Assembly: GCA_036274695.1 (NCBI GenBank)
Contig: DASUFF010000044.1
Location: 484 to 64,483, forward strand
DNA: 64,000 nt
Direction of reading: 5' to 3'
Origin: a bacterium
GTDB taxonomy: Bacteria; UBA10199; JACPAL01; GCA-016699445
Part shown: positions 17,403-25,601 of the stretch, one piece after another
Layout: the number at the start of each line of letters is the position of its first letter
Position numbering within the stretch: the first letter of the stretch is position 1
Notes under the pieces: generated by a model
What the model saw: the letters and a program-made list of their open reading frames with translations, nothing else
Databases searched by the model: none
What the model was told of the DNA's origin: nothing
Translations under genes and position numbers: made by a program

Positions 17403-18560
17403 TCAGGCGGCTTTGACCTTCCGGTCGCTCGGAAGGAAAAACAAGAGCCCGGTGACCGCCAGCGTCAGCGCGGCGTTGAAGAGAAAGGCTGGTCTTGCCC
17501 CCCAATGATCCCAGAGCAGTCCGAACAGGAGGGAGGCCGGCAGCAGTCCCATCCCGTAGGAGAAATAATACCAGCCGAGCGCCGTGGCCCGCGCTTCCCC
17601 GGAGGCGATCAAGGCCGGATAGGCCCGCTCCGCCGGCTCGATCAGCCCCGTGTGGAAGCCGTAACCGGCCATCAGCGCCCAGGAAAATGTGAGCGTCCCA
17701 TCGAAGGCGAACCCGACATAGATGATAGCGAAGAGGATCCAGCCGAGAGCGATCGTCCGCCTCCGGCTCCACGCGTCCGACAGCCGCCCGCCCACGTACG
17801 TGGCGATTAAGGTGAAGAACGTCATCACGAACCAGGCGAGGGGCATTTGATATTCGGGAAGGCCCATGTCCCTCATCTTCATGATGAGGAAGAGCTCGGA
17901 GGGCGTGGTCAGGGCCGAGAGGAACATGAGCGCCGCGTAGGTCTTGAGCGGCTTGGGCAAACGTCTCCAGGACAACGGCGCCGCCTTCGGCGGGGGCGGC
18001 ATCGCCGGTACCTTCAGGAAACGCGGAACGATCAGGACGGAAAGTATGGCCGGAATGCTGGCGATGAGGAAAAGGAAGGGCAGTTTGACGGAAAAGAGGG
18101 CGAGGGCTCCGGTGGCGATGAGGGGGCCGAGAAGCGAGCCCGTGTGGTCCATCATCCTCTGAATGCCGAAGGCTTCTCCCAGATGTTTGCCGTCCACGGA
18201 GGCCGTGATGATCTGGTCGCGCGGGGCGGTGTGGATGCCCTTGCCGAACCGGTCGATCGTCCGGGCGGCGAGCGTCACTTCCGGATAGGGAATGGCGAGG
18301 AAAAGCCTTGCGAAGGTGGAAAGCCGGTACCCGCCGACGGTCATCTTCCGGCTGTTGCCCTTGCGGTCGGCGTACCAGCCCGCGAAGAGGGTGGTCATGT
18401 TGGCCACCGAGTTGGCCAAACCCTCCATGACGCCCAGAAAACTGGCGCCCAGTCCCATCGTCGCCAGATAGGCCGGCAAAAGCGGCGTGATCATGTCCGC
18501 GGTCACGTCGTTGAAGAGGCTCAAGCAGCCGAGCAGAAAGACGTTGCGATGGATGCGCAT
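17403..18560 (-). CDS. MFS transporter
   Basis: About 12 hydrophobic segments and a WYADRKGNSRK loop in the D-R-x-G-R-(K/R) MFS signature position. Confidence 0.75.
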   Translation of the reverse strand: MRIHRNVFLLGCLSLFNDVTADMITPLLPAYLATMGLGASFLGVMEGLANSVANMTTLFAGWYADRKGNSRKMTVGGYRLSTFARLFLAIPYPEVTLAARTIDRFGKGIHTAPRDQIITASVDGKHLGEAFGIQRMMDHTGSLLGPLIATGALALFSVKLPFLFLIASIPAILSVLIVPRFLKVPAMPPPPKAAPLSWRRLPKPLKTYAALMFLSALTTPSELFLIMKMRDMGLPEYQMPLAWFVMTFFTLIATYVGGRLSDAWSRRRTIALGWILFAIIYVGFAFDGTLTFSWALMAGYGFHTGLIEPAERAYPALIASGEARATALGWYYFSYGMGLLPASLLFGLLWDHWGARPAFLFNAALTLAVTGLLFFLPSDRKVKAA

Positions 18561-18671
18561 CAGCGACCCGTTAAAAATTCCAGTTTGTCGGCGACGAACT
18601 CCGAAAGACGAAGGAGTTTGTGGCGCATGGGCCGGTTTTACCTCTTTTAGCCGCGAATGCCTATCCCTCTC

Positions 18672-18899
18672 CTAACCTACGTCGGCGCCCGCGACGGTAA
18701 TCGTCGCCTCGCCCACCGTCACCACCGACCCCGCACGGATCTTGCATGCCTTTCGCAGCTCCACCTGGCCGTTCACCTTCACGACCCCCGAGGCCACCAG
18801 CGCCTTTCCGGCCCCGCTGGACTCGCAGAGGTCCATGACCTTGAGGAGCTTGTTGAGTTCGATGAAGTCGTCCTTGAGCGTGAAGGTGAGGGAGGGCAT
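18672..18899 (-). CDS. S4-like RNA-binding protein (YbcJ type)
   Basis: 75 aa. IELNKLLKVMDLCESSGAGKALVASGVVKVNGQVELRKACKIRAGSVV matches the YbcJ/S4 pattern. Confidence 0.7.
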   Translation of the reverse strand: MPSLTFTLKDDFIELNKLLKVMDLCESSGAGKALVASGVVKVNGQVELRKACKIRAGSVVTVGEATITVAGADVG

Positions 18900-18901
18900 C
18901 G

Positions 18902-19531
18902 TTATTTCATGAAGACGGATTTCGCGGTGATCTTTCCGTCCAGTTTATCGTAGAGGCACCGGTAGTCGAATTTCATTTCCGCGTCGTTCTTGCCTTGGAA
19001 AGACCCGTCGCCTTCCAAGAGTTTTCCCTCTTTCCCCGCCTTAAATTCTTTGGCGGAATGAAAGACGAGGTTCGACATCTGGGCGTTCTTCTTCTTGATC
19101 TCCGACGTGATGGCGTCCTGGCATTTGCTCACCGAGGTTTCATCGGCCACGGGCGCGGCTTTGGAGGTCGCTGGCGGCGCCGCCGCTGCCGCGGCGGGGG
19201 CGTCGGCTTTGGAGCCCGTGTAGTAGAGGTTGCCCGGTTTCCCCGAGGCGGCGTTGACGTCGCAGAACCATTCGAATTCCGTCCGCTCGCCGCCGGGCGC
19301 TACGTAAGAGCCCTTGCCCGCGTAATGCGTCAGGGGGCCGTGGGGGATGGAGCTTCTTGAGCCATTCACGAAAGCGATCTTTTTTAACTTTTCCGCCTCC
19401 TTCATTTTTTTGGCGATGGCGTCCTCGCATTTGTCTGCGGGCGACGGGGGAGCTTTGGCCAGGAGACGGCTCGGAGCGGCAGCGCAGATCAGCGATACCA
19501 TCAACACTGCAAAAATTTTTCTGAGGCTCAT
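18902..19531 (-). CDS. exported protein with an internally duplicated domain
   Basis: Signal peptide MSLRKIFAVLMVSLICAAAPSRLLA. Two similar halves, C.DAIAKKMKE...F.CDV and CQDAITSEIKK...YRCLY, are joined by an Ala-rich linker. Confidence 0.6.
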   Translation of the reverse strand: MSLRKIFAVLMVSLICAAAPSRLLAKAPPSPADKCEDAIAKKMKEAEKLKKIAFVNGSRSSIPHGPLTHYAGKGSYVAPGGERTEFEWFCDVNAASGKPGNLYYTGSKADAPAAAAAAPPATSKAAPVADETSVSKCQDAITSEIKKKNAQMSNLVFHSAKEFKAGKEGKLLEGDGSFQGKNDAEMKFDYRCLYDKLDGKITAKSVFMK

Positions 19532-19591
19532 AGAGATCTCCTTATCACGGAGTCGGGCGTTAGCGCCGATACCATTTCGGTTCGCAGGTCA

Positions 19592-19606
19592 TTATCATTA
19601 TGATAA
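19592..19606. promoter_or_regulatory. AT-rich 7-1-7 palindrome TTATCAT-T-ATGATAA (Fur-box-like hexamer array ATTATC ATTATG ATAAAT)
   Basis: Read directly from the sequence, in the divergent promoter region 19532-19704. The hand alignment to the 19-bp Fur consensus matches about 12-13 of 19 positions. Confidence 0.35.
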
Positions 19607-19704
19607 ATTAAAAATAAAGTTCTAAAATTGCGTTTGAACATCGATTCAATAGGTCTACAATTATTGCGGAAATAAATCGATTCAGACTCGAGAGAGGGGG
19701 TTCT

Positions 19705-20766
19705 ATGCGAGCCACGAAACCCATCCTTTACGTGTGTCTTTCCATCACGGTTCTTTGCGCGTCCACCGCGCTGGCCGAGACCGGTGTGAAGCCGTTTGCG
19801 ATTGATGCGCCGCTCAATGTCGGGGATTCGCTGACGCTACAATCGGACGTTCCGGATCATTTCGCGGCAGGTTGGTTTCAGAAACTCAACCTGGGCGAAA
19901 AGACGGGCGCCGCCGATTACCAGGAGAATATCTCCGGCTCCAGCTCTCGGACCCTTTCCGTCGGCGACGTCGTGAGCCAAAAAAACGGGAACATGGTCGG
20001 TCCGACCAATAAAGGGGTGAAGGATCTCATCGCCCAAGACCCGGACGCGTATTGGGATCAAACGAACGCCTGCGTCGTCACCTCCAATCCCGCCAGCCCT
20101 CGCATCGCCCCGCTCGTGGTCTTTGATCCGGAGGAATACTTGGAAACTGGCGTTGTCAGGATCGCGGCGTTTCAACAGGTCTTCTTTGAGGCCATTCTGG
20201 GCGGAAGCCAGGTGGTCGTCCGGGCGACGTCGAAGGATCCCGCCCGCACGTGTTTGGTCAACGAACAGAAGGAGACCACTTGCAACGACGGGCGGGACAA
20301 CGACGGTGACGGAGCCGTCGATTGCCAGGATTCCGATTGCAGCGCCGTCATCGGGTGTACAAGCGATATCAACGTCTCCGCCATTCCTCCCAGTGCGACG
20401 GTGGCGAGGGGGCAACAATTTGTCCGTGTGACGGGGGTCATCAACCCCTTCAATTCCGCATCCGCCGTCGTCACGGTGGTGGATCGCATCCCTCAGGGAT
20501 CTAACGTCGTCTCCATCGCTTCGGTCGACCTCTACCTTCAGGGATCGACCGAACCCGTCCGGGGCGCCTGCTCGGTCGATCAAACCGAGAGTCAAACCGA
20601 TATCGTTTGTACGAGTCCTTTGCAGGAGGGGACACGGATGGATATCGTCGTCGTCGAGACCATCTCCTCTGCGGGGATTTACGAACACGGGATTACGGCG
20701 TCGTCGGATCGAATCGATCCCAATCCGGCCGACAATGTCGCCGTTTTTACGGCGATCGTCGAATAG
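19705..20766 (+). CDS. exported protein with a CxDGxDNDGDGxxDC metal-binding-type motif and a DUF11-like C-terminal domain
   Basis: Signal peptide ending TALAETG. CNDGRDNDGDGAVDCQDSDC motif. Beta-rich C-terminus. Confidence 0.6.
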   Translation: MRATKPILYVCLSITVLCASTALAETGVKPFAIDAPLNVGDSLTLQSDVPDHFAAGWFQKLNLGEKTGAADYQENISGSSSRTLSVGDVVSQKNGNMVGPTNKGVKDLIAQDPDAYWDQTNACVVTSNPASPRIAPLVVFDPEEYLETGVVRIAAFQQVFFEAILGGSQVVVRATSKDPARTCLVNEQKETTCNDGRDNDGDGAVDCQDSDCSAVIGCTSDINVSAIPPSATVARGQQFVRVTGVINPFNSASAVVTVVDRIPQGSNVVSIASVDLYLQGSTEPVRGACSVDQTESQTDIVCTSPLQEGTRMDIVVVETISSAGIYEHGITASSDRIDPNPADNVAVFTAIVE

Positions 20767-20914
20767 CCTCGACGACCAGTGCTTCAACCGTGGAGGTATG
20801 CCTCTCTAAGACGGAAAACGGAACCCAGCCAATTCTTTCAGTCGGCCCTGGGCGTCGAACGTGAATCCCAGAAAGCCGATTCCGATTCCCCTTGGGAGTA
20901 AAGGACGTGAGGAC

Positions 20915-21916
20915 TTAGGGGCTAGGAGGCGGTTCGCAGGCGCACTCCGGCTCGCCCAATGCCCCCGTTTGTCCGGGATCCACGCAGCGGGTGGCCCCAC
21001 AGGCACCCCCGTCGGGAGGTTGGCCGGCGGACTCGTCACATTCCTCTCCCGACTCCAAGACGCCGTTCCCGCACATCGGAGGGGCGGCCGGGTCGTCGAC
21101 GGTCACGCATTCGCAGGTGTCGACGAAACAGGCGGCGGTCTCCCCCTTCGAAAGACATTCCTGCACGCCCTCGAAGCCGGCGGTCGCGTCGCAACCCTCC
21201 CCTTCGTCTAAGACCCCATTCCCGCAGGTGACGCACTCGCAGGAGACCTGCTTCAGGGCCTGAAGCAACTCCTCCTCGCTTTCGGCGATGGGAAAACTCG
21301 TCGGCCCGCAGATGGTGCCGGGCTGATCCGTGCAATCGGCGGTCGTGTGGCACTCGTCGGCGACGTCCTTGGGGATGAGGCAGATGCAGTCGAAAAAGCA
21401 GAAGCTGATGGGGTCGCCAGGATCGTCCTCCCACGGCTGGCAGATTCCGTCCCCGCAGGTGCCGGTGTAGCACACACCGGGATCGAAGCAGTCTTCGAGG
21501 CAGGGATCCGTGTCGGCGCACTCGCCGTTCAAGGGATCGCAGAACCCGTCCCCGCAGGTCTCGCCTTCGGGCAGCCCGAAGCAGAGGCTCCGGTCGCAGT
21601 CCTTCGTGCAATAGGCGAAGACGTCGCATTCGCCCGCCGCCGGATCGCAGATCCCGTCGCCGCAGGGGACGATCTCGCAAAGGTCGCCGACGCCGTCTCC
21701 GTCCTCATCAATCTGGCTCGGATTGTAGACGAGGGGACAGTCGTCGACCTCAAGCGGTACGCCGTCGCAATCGGAGTCGTCAGGCGGCGGGCTGGCGAGA
21801 CAGTCATCGCCGGCGGATTCGGTCGTGGAGCCGTCCTTTCCGCAGGCGGCGGACCACAGGGATAAGGAGCCCAGGAGGACTGCGACAAAAAAGAGAAGAA
21901 ATCGGCCTCGCCTCAT
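20915..21916 (-). CDS. Cys-rich exported protein (thrombospondin type-3-like and Myxococcus-type cysteine-rich repeats)
   Basis: Signal peptide with a SAAC site. DCPLVYNPSQIDEDGDGVGDLC (TSP3-like). Repeated CGDG(I/F)C units and two CGNGVL(D/E)xGE(G/E)CD units. Confidence 0.7.
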   Translation of the reverse strand: MRRGRFLLFFVAVLLGSLSLWSAACGKDGSTTESAGDDCLASPPPDDSDCDGVPLEVDDCPLVYNPSQIDEDGDGVGDLCEIVPCGDGICDPAAGECDVFAYCTKDCDRSLCFGLPEGETCGDGFCDPLNGECADTDPCLEDCFDPGVCYTGTCGDGICQPWEDDPGDPISFCFFDCICLIPKDVADECHTTADCTDQPGTICGPTSFPIAESEEELLQALKQVSCECVTCGNGVLDEGEGCDATAGFEGVQECLSKGETAACFVDTCECVTVDDPAAPPMCGNGVLESGEECDESAGQPPDGGACGATRCVDPGQTGALGEPECACEPPPSP

Positions 21917-21997
21917 GGTGAAAAATTTTACTCCAATTGATTAGAATAACGAGTGGAAATTGGTACAATGTTAAACACTTTCTCGTTTTGATAATTT

Positions 21998-23200
21998 ATG
22001 GCCGGGCAACGACTTAAATTGTTTGCCGCGCTCGCGGTCTTGGCGGCCCTCTCCTCCGTCGGGGGGTGTCCCTCGCCGAGCGGCCCTCCCGTCCCGCCCG
22101 CGGAGATCCCGTCCCTCGTCGCCTTCCCGCAGAGCGTCGGCATCGACGTCTCGAAGGCGGGCGAAGGCCCCTCCGCGGCCCTCAGGACCGAGGCGACCCG
22201 AAAAGATCAGTCCGACATTACGGATTTTTCAGACGTCATCTCCCTCGGGCCGGTCATCTTCAACGGCTTCAGCGTCCTACTGGACGCCTTCCTGGGGCCT
22301 CTTTCCGATCTTGAGATTCCGGTCAGCACGACGATCACCACCTTCGAAGGGCCGATGGCTTTCACGCCCGGCGCCATCGCGGTGGTCAAGATCGATTTCA
22401 CGGACTTCGACCTCGACGACGACGGGGCGCTCGAGGGTTGCAGCGGCTGCACGTGCCCCACGGGCTGCGCGCCGTCCTTCACCGCCTGTCCCTCGGAGGC
22501 GCCCGTGACCCGGCTCAAGCCCGTCTGCTACCGCATCTGGCTCCGCGATGTGGGGGAGACCGAGTTTGTGCGGTTCGCGGCCGGGCGGATCGACCGTTAC
22601 GCTGTGCGCGACGACCCGGCGACGGAGGCCAGCGAGGAAAACGCGGGCGAGGGCCGATTTCGGCTGGGCGTCAACCCGCGGCCGGCGCCGGACGGGACGA
22701 CCAACCCGCTCTCCTTCGGCGTCTTCTACGACCACTTGGACGAGACGGACTTTTTGAAAAAACAGACCGAGTTCTTCGTCAAAGACACGACGCTCGACTC
22801 GGGAAGGGCGGAAAAGGATCGCCTCGATGTTCACGCCTTCGTCACCCAGGAGGACGCGACCGGCGCCGGCGATCCCTCCTCGCTGAAGAAGACCGTCAAG
22901 CTCGACCAGCGCTTCAACCCGGATCCGGAGGACGGACCGGCGATCGTTCAATACATCGGCCGGTTCCGCAACGACGCGGATTTCTGGAGCGGGACCTTCA
23001 ACCTCGAGGACATCACGGGCGTGGATCCCAAAAAAGTCAGCGAGGAGAACGTCTGCGCGCGGATCTCGACGGGCGGCGAGGTCGGGCAAGGCAATTGTCT
23101 GGACTTAGGAATCGACGTCACCGGCGAGGAATTCCTTCTCCCTTCCCAAGACGCGAACGTCACCTTTCCCTCCGGCTTTCCGCAAACACCGACTTTTTAA
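21998..23200 (+). CDS. probable lipoprotein, function unknown
   Basis: N-terminus MAGQRLKLFAALAVLAALSSVGGC followed by a Pro-rich linker. No catalytic motif. Confidence 0.6.
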   Translation: MAGQRLKLFAALAVLAALSSVGGCPSPSGPPVPPAEIPSLVAFPQSVGIDVSKAGEGPSAALRTEATRKDQSDITDFSDVISLGPVIFNGFSVLLDAFLGPLSDLEIPVSTTITTFEGPMAFTPGAIAVVKIDFTDFDLDDDGALEGCSGCTCPTGCAPSFTACPSEAPVTRLKPVCYRIWLRDVGETEFVRFAAGRIDRYAVRDDPATEASEENAGEGRFRLGVNPRPAPDGTTNPLSFGVFYDHLDETDFLKKQTEFFVKDTTLDSGRAEKDRLDVHAFVTQEDATGAGDPSSLKKTVKLDQRFNPDPEDGPAIVQYIGRFRNDADFWSGTFNLEDITGVDPKKVSEENVCARISTGGEVGQGNCLDLGIDVTGEEFLLPSQDANVTFPSGFPQTPTF

Positions 23201-23298
23201 AACGGGTTCATTAGGTGGGCTTCAGCTGGATGACCTCTTTTCAAACCCCTCCATCCAAAATTCCGGACGATCCAGTAGATCGAGAGGCTCAAAAGCCG

Positions 23299-23314
23299 TG
23301 GCACCTTGATTGCA
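23299..23314 (+). promoter_or_regulatory. sigma-54 (-24/-12) promoter TGGCACcttgaTTGCA
   Basis: Perfect match to TGGCAC-N5-TTGCA, about 70 nt upstream of the ATG at 23388. Confidence 0.75.
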
Positions 23315-23387
23315 TTTCACTTTTTCCGTGTTCGAGACCCGGAAAGGTTGACGTGGAAAAGAGGAATTCTTAAGGAGGGAGACCGTT

Positions 23388-23675
23388 ATGGCGACCGACG
23401 AAAAACTCGATGAAGTTCTCAAGATCGTGCGTGAGCAGGGAAAACAGTTGGTGTCGCTCATCCAGGAGCAGGGCGAGCGCCACGAACGCCGTTTCAACGA
23501 AATCGATGGCCGATTTGCTGAGATCGACGACCGCTTCACTCAACTTGAAACTAGGCTGAATGCCAAGATCGACAAGGTCTATGAAGCCCTTTCTCAGGAT
23601 ATTTCCGTCTTCGCGGAAGATATGTATCGAGTGCAAGATCGTGTGACCCGGCTCGAAAAGAAGCTTCTCTCTTAG
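23388..23675 (+). CDS. small coiled-coil protein (95 aa), unknown function
   Basis: Good RBS (aaggaggg) and a heptad-rich sequence RFNEIDGRFAEIDDRFTQLETRLNAKIDKV. Confidence 0.65.
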   Translation: MATDEKLDEVLKIVREQGKQLVSLIQEQGERHERRFNEIDGRFAEIDDRFTQLETRLNAKIDKVYEALSQDISVFAEDMYRVQDRVTRLEKKLLS

Positions 23676-23707
23676 GCCCCCACTGAAACTCTGAAATCAG
23701 TCCCAGC

Positions 23708-23742
23708 TTTGGACTTTGGACCTTGGACTTTAGTCTTTGGAC
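23708..23742. repeat. tandem heptamer array (TTTGGAC x5, one unit degenerate), followed by the palindrome GGACTC-C-GAGTCC
   Basis: Read directly: tttggac tttggac cttggac tttagtc tttggac. It lies 33 nt after the coiled-coil ORF stop and about 160-195 nt upstream of the 23903 promoter. Confidence 0.8.
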
Positions 23743-23902
23743 TCCGAGTCCCCCGAGTGTTCCATCCGGTCCTGGCCCCTCGATTCACCATGGATTTGGC
23801 AAAGAAGTGATCATTTCCCATTTTAGGGTTTTTGATTTCACAATATCGGAAGTCTCAATTTCTCATTCATTAAAAACATTAATCAAATCAATATCATTTA
23901 TT

Positions 23903-23918
23903 CGGCATGGAACTTGCT
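23903..23918 (+). promoter_or_regulatory. sigma-54 (-24/-12) promoter cGGCATGgaacTTGCT
   Basis: GG and GC elements at consensus spacing, 29 nt upstream of the ATG at 23948. aaggag RBS in between. Confidence 0.65.
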
Positions 23919-23947
23919 GCTAACTAGGCTCCAACCAAGGAGATTTC

Positions 23948-24754
23948 ATGGAGCGTGGCACCTTCGTCGGTCGAGAGTACATCGATGCTCTGAAGACTCA
24001 TTACCCGCATTTCGTCGTGGGCGCGGCCCAGGAAAAGGTGGATGACAAGCTGCACATCGGCATCGTGGACGATTGGTGTCGGAATTACGATGAAGTCGGC
24101 GTCGATACGCTGGCTCGTTATCAGTCGATTCGTCAGCGTCCGTGGGGAGCGGCTCGTGGGGTTTGGGAAAGCGCGGGCGGCGGACCGAACCGTCGCATGG
24201 CGGGCGCTTACGGTTCTTACAAGGGGCTCATCAATTTAAAACCGGCCACCGACTTGGTTTTGTATTCCAACTTAATCTGGGAATTGAGACCCAAGACGAT
24301 TTTGGAATTCGGAAGCCTCCAGGGCGGAAGCGCTCTTTGGTTCGCGGATCAACTGGACGCTTTATGCGGCGGGCAGGGCGAAGTGCATTCGTTCGAGCTC
24401 TGCTACAAGTGCATCCATCCTCGCGCTTCCCACCCGCGCTTGCGCTTTCACGAAGCGGACATGCGCGACTTGAGCACCTTGAAGCGGGAGTTTTTGGAAT
24501 CCCTGCCGCGTCCCTGGCTCGTGATCGACGATTGCCACGAGAACCTGGAGAACGTGGTTCCCTTCATGGCGAGCCTGATGCAGGAGGGGGATTATTTCGT
24601 GATCGAAGACGCGTTTTCGAATCCCACGCCCGAAATCATCGGCAAGGCCACGGAGGCCATCGACGGCTTGGGCTTCCTCGTGGACACGAAATACACGGAC
24701 GCTTACGGCATGAACGTGACGTGCGCGCCGAACGGCTGGTTGGTGAAGATTTAA
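23948..24754 (+). CDS. CmcI/cephalosporin-hydroxylase-family class I SAM-dependent methyltransferase
   Basis: KPATDLVLYSNLIWELRPKTILEFGSLQGGSALWFA is the CmcI-family pattern (G-x-G-G-S nucleotide loop). Confidence 0.65.
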   Translation: MERGTFVGREYIDALKTHYPHFVVGAAQEKVDDKLHIGIVDDWCRNYDEVGVDTLARYQSIRQRPWGAARGVWESAGGGPNRRMAGAYGSYKGLINLKPATDLVLYSNLIWELRPKTILEFGSLQGGSALWFADQLDALCGGQGEVHSFELCYKCIHPRASHPRLRFHEADMRDLSTLKREFLESLPRPWLVIDDCHENLENVVPFMASLMQEGDYFVIEDAFSNPTPEIIGKATEAIDGLGFLVDTKYTDAYGMNVTCAPNGWLVKI

Positions 24755-24805
24755 ACGGCTAGGCGTCGCAGTCTGCGTCGGTGCCGAAGGAGATTAGGCG
24801 CCACG

Positions 24806-24943
24806 CGCCGTTTTTCAATCCGTTCGTCAGCTCGAGCAAACACCAACGACGTGATGCCCCGAGCCTTCGGCGCCTGCCTGCTCCTGGCCGCGGTTGTCTT
24901 GGCGGTTCAGATGAACCCCCGCTCAAATCCACGGCTTTTTTGA
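24806..24943 (+). pseudogene. truncated paralogue fragment of the small membrane protein gene at 28361-28624
   Basis: 24853-24907 aligns by hand to 28471-28525 at 44 of 55 nt. It encodes MPRAFGACLLLAAVVLAV versus MPRAFGACLLLAAAVLAL. The upstream part is only weakly similar and there is no N-terminal half. Confidence 0.5.
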
Positions 24944-25051
24944 TAATCACCGCATCATTCCGGGTATTTTCTAACTCCCTACGCCCCGAAGACTCTTAAT
25001 AATAGTCTTAATAATTAAGTGCTTAGACTGCCGGTCGCCAAGACCCTTTGG

Positions 25052-25067
25052 TGGCATGGTGGTTGCT
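25052..25067 (+). promoter_or_regulatory. sigma-54 (-24/-12) promoter TGGCATGgtggTTGCT
   Basis: Full consensus match, 27 nt upstream of the ATG at 25095, which has a ggagg RBS. Preceded by an AT-rich stretch with repeated AGTCTTAATAAT/AGACT units (24989-25030). Confidence 0.75.
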
Positions 25068-25094
25068 ATCTTAGCTCTCAAAAATGGAGGATAT

Positions 25095-25601
25095 ATGGCA
25101 CCCATTCGGCGGGCCAGGCATTACGTCACGTACTTAATGGCCCTTTTCATTTCAGGTCTCTTCTCATTGGTCGGGCGCCATGCCCCGGCCTGGGCTCAGG
25201 ACGTTCGAAGCCAGCAAAGCGCAAAAATTTTCAGCGAGGTTCTTCAGGGTAATCAGGCAAGCGTTCAGAAAAAACCGACGGGGACCTCGACCGCCGCTCA
25301 AACGGAACAGCTCGGCGATTCCCGCGCGTTAAAAATCATTCCGGAACCCGGAAACATCAACGAGAGGGAAGGAAGAAGTGCCACACTGAACCCGGAGTTG
25401 ACCCCGGAGGCCAACCAGCAGGTCAACGAGACCATGAACAGAATCGAGCTCAAACTGAGGAACAAGGAAGCCCTGACCTCCGAAGAATTCTCCTTATTGG
25501 CGGGCGTGCAAAACACGGCGCGGCTCAATGACATTTACATGCAGTTGAATACGCTGATGTTGATGGTCCGCGATCTTCAAGAAAAGGCGCCGAAACAGTG
25601 A
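25095..25601 (+). CDS. exported or membrane-anchored protein with a coiled-coil C-terminus, unknown function
   Basis: N-terminus MAPIRRARHYVTYLMALFISGLFSLVGRHAPAWAQD (signal or anchor). The start is moved from the track ATG at 25056, which lies inside the promoter. The stop overlaps the next start (GTGA). Confidence 0.6.
   Translation: MAPIRRARHYVTYLMALFISGLFSLVGRHAPAWAQDVRSQQSAKIFSEVLQGNQASVQKKPTGTSTAAQTEQLGDSRALKIIPEPGNINEREGRSATLNPELTPEANQQVNETMNRIELKLRNKEALTSEEFSLLAGVQNTARLNDIYMQLNTLMLMVRDLQEKAPKQ

Noticed and set aside
21940-21990. Imperfect inverted repeat aacgagtg...cactttctcgtt and TTGATT/TACAAT boxes in the 21917-21997 divergent spacer
   Set aside because: The spacing between the putative -35 and -10 boxes is 21 nt, and the repeat arms are short and interrupted. 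This is not strong enough to call.
25056-25094. Track start codon ATG at 25056 for the exported protein
   Set aside because: It lies inside the TGGCATG-N4-TTGCT promoter element. The RBS-preceded ATG at 25095 was chosen instead.
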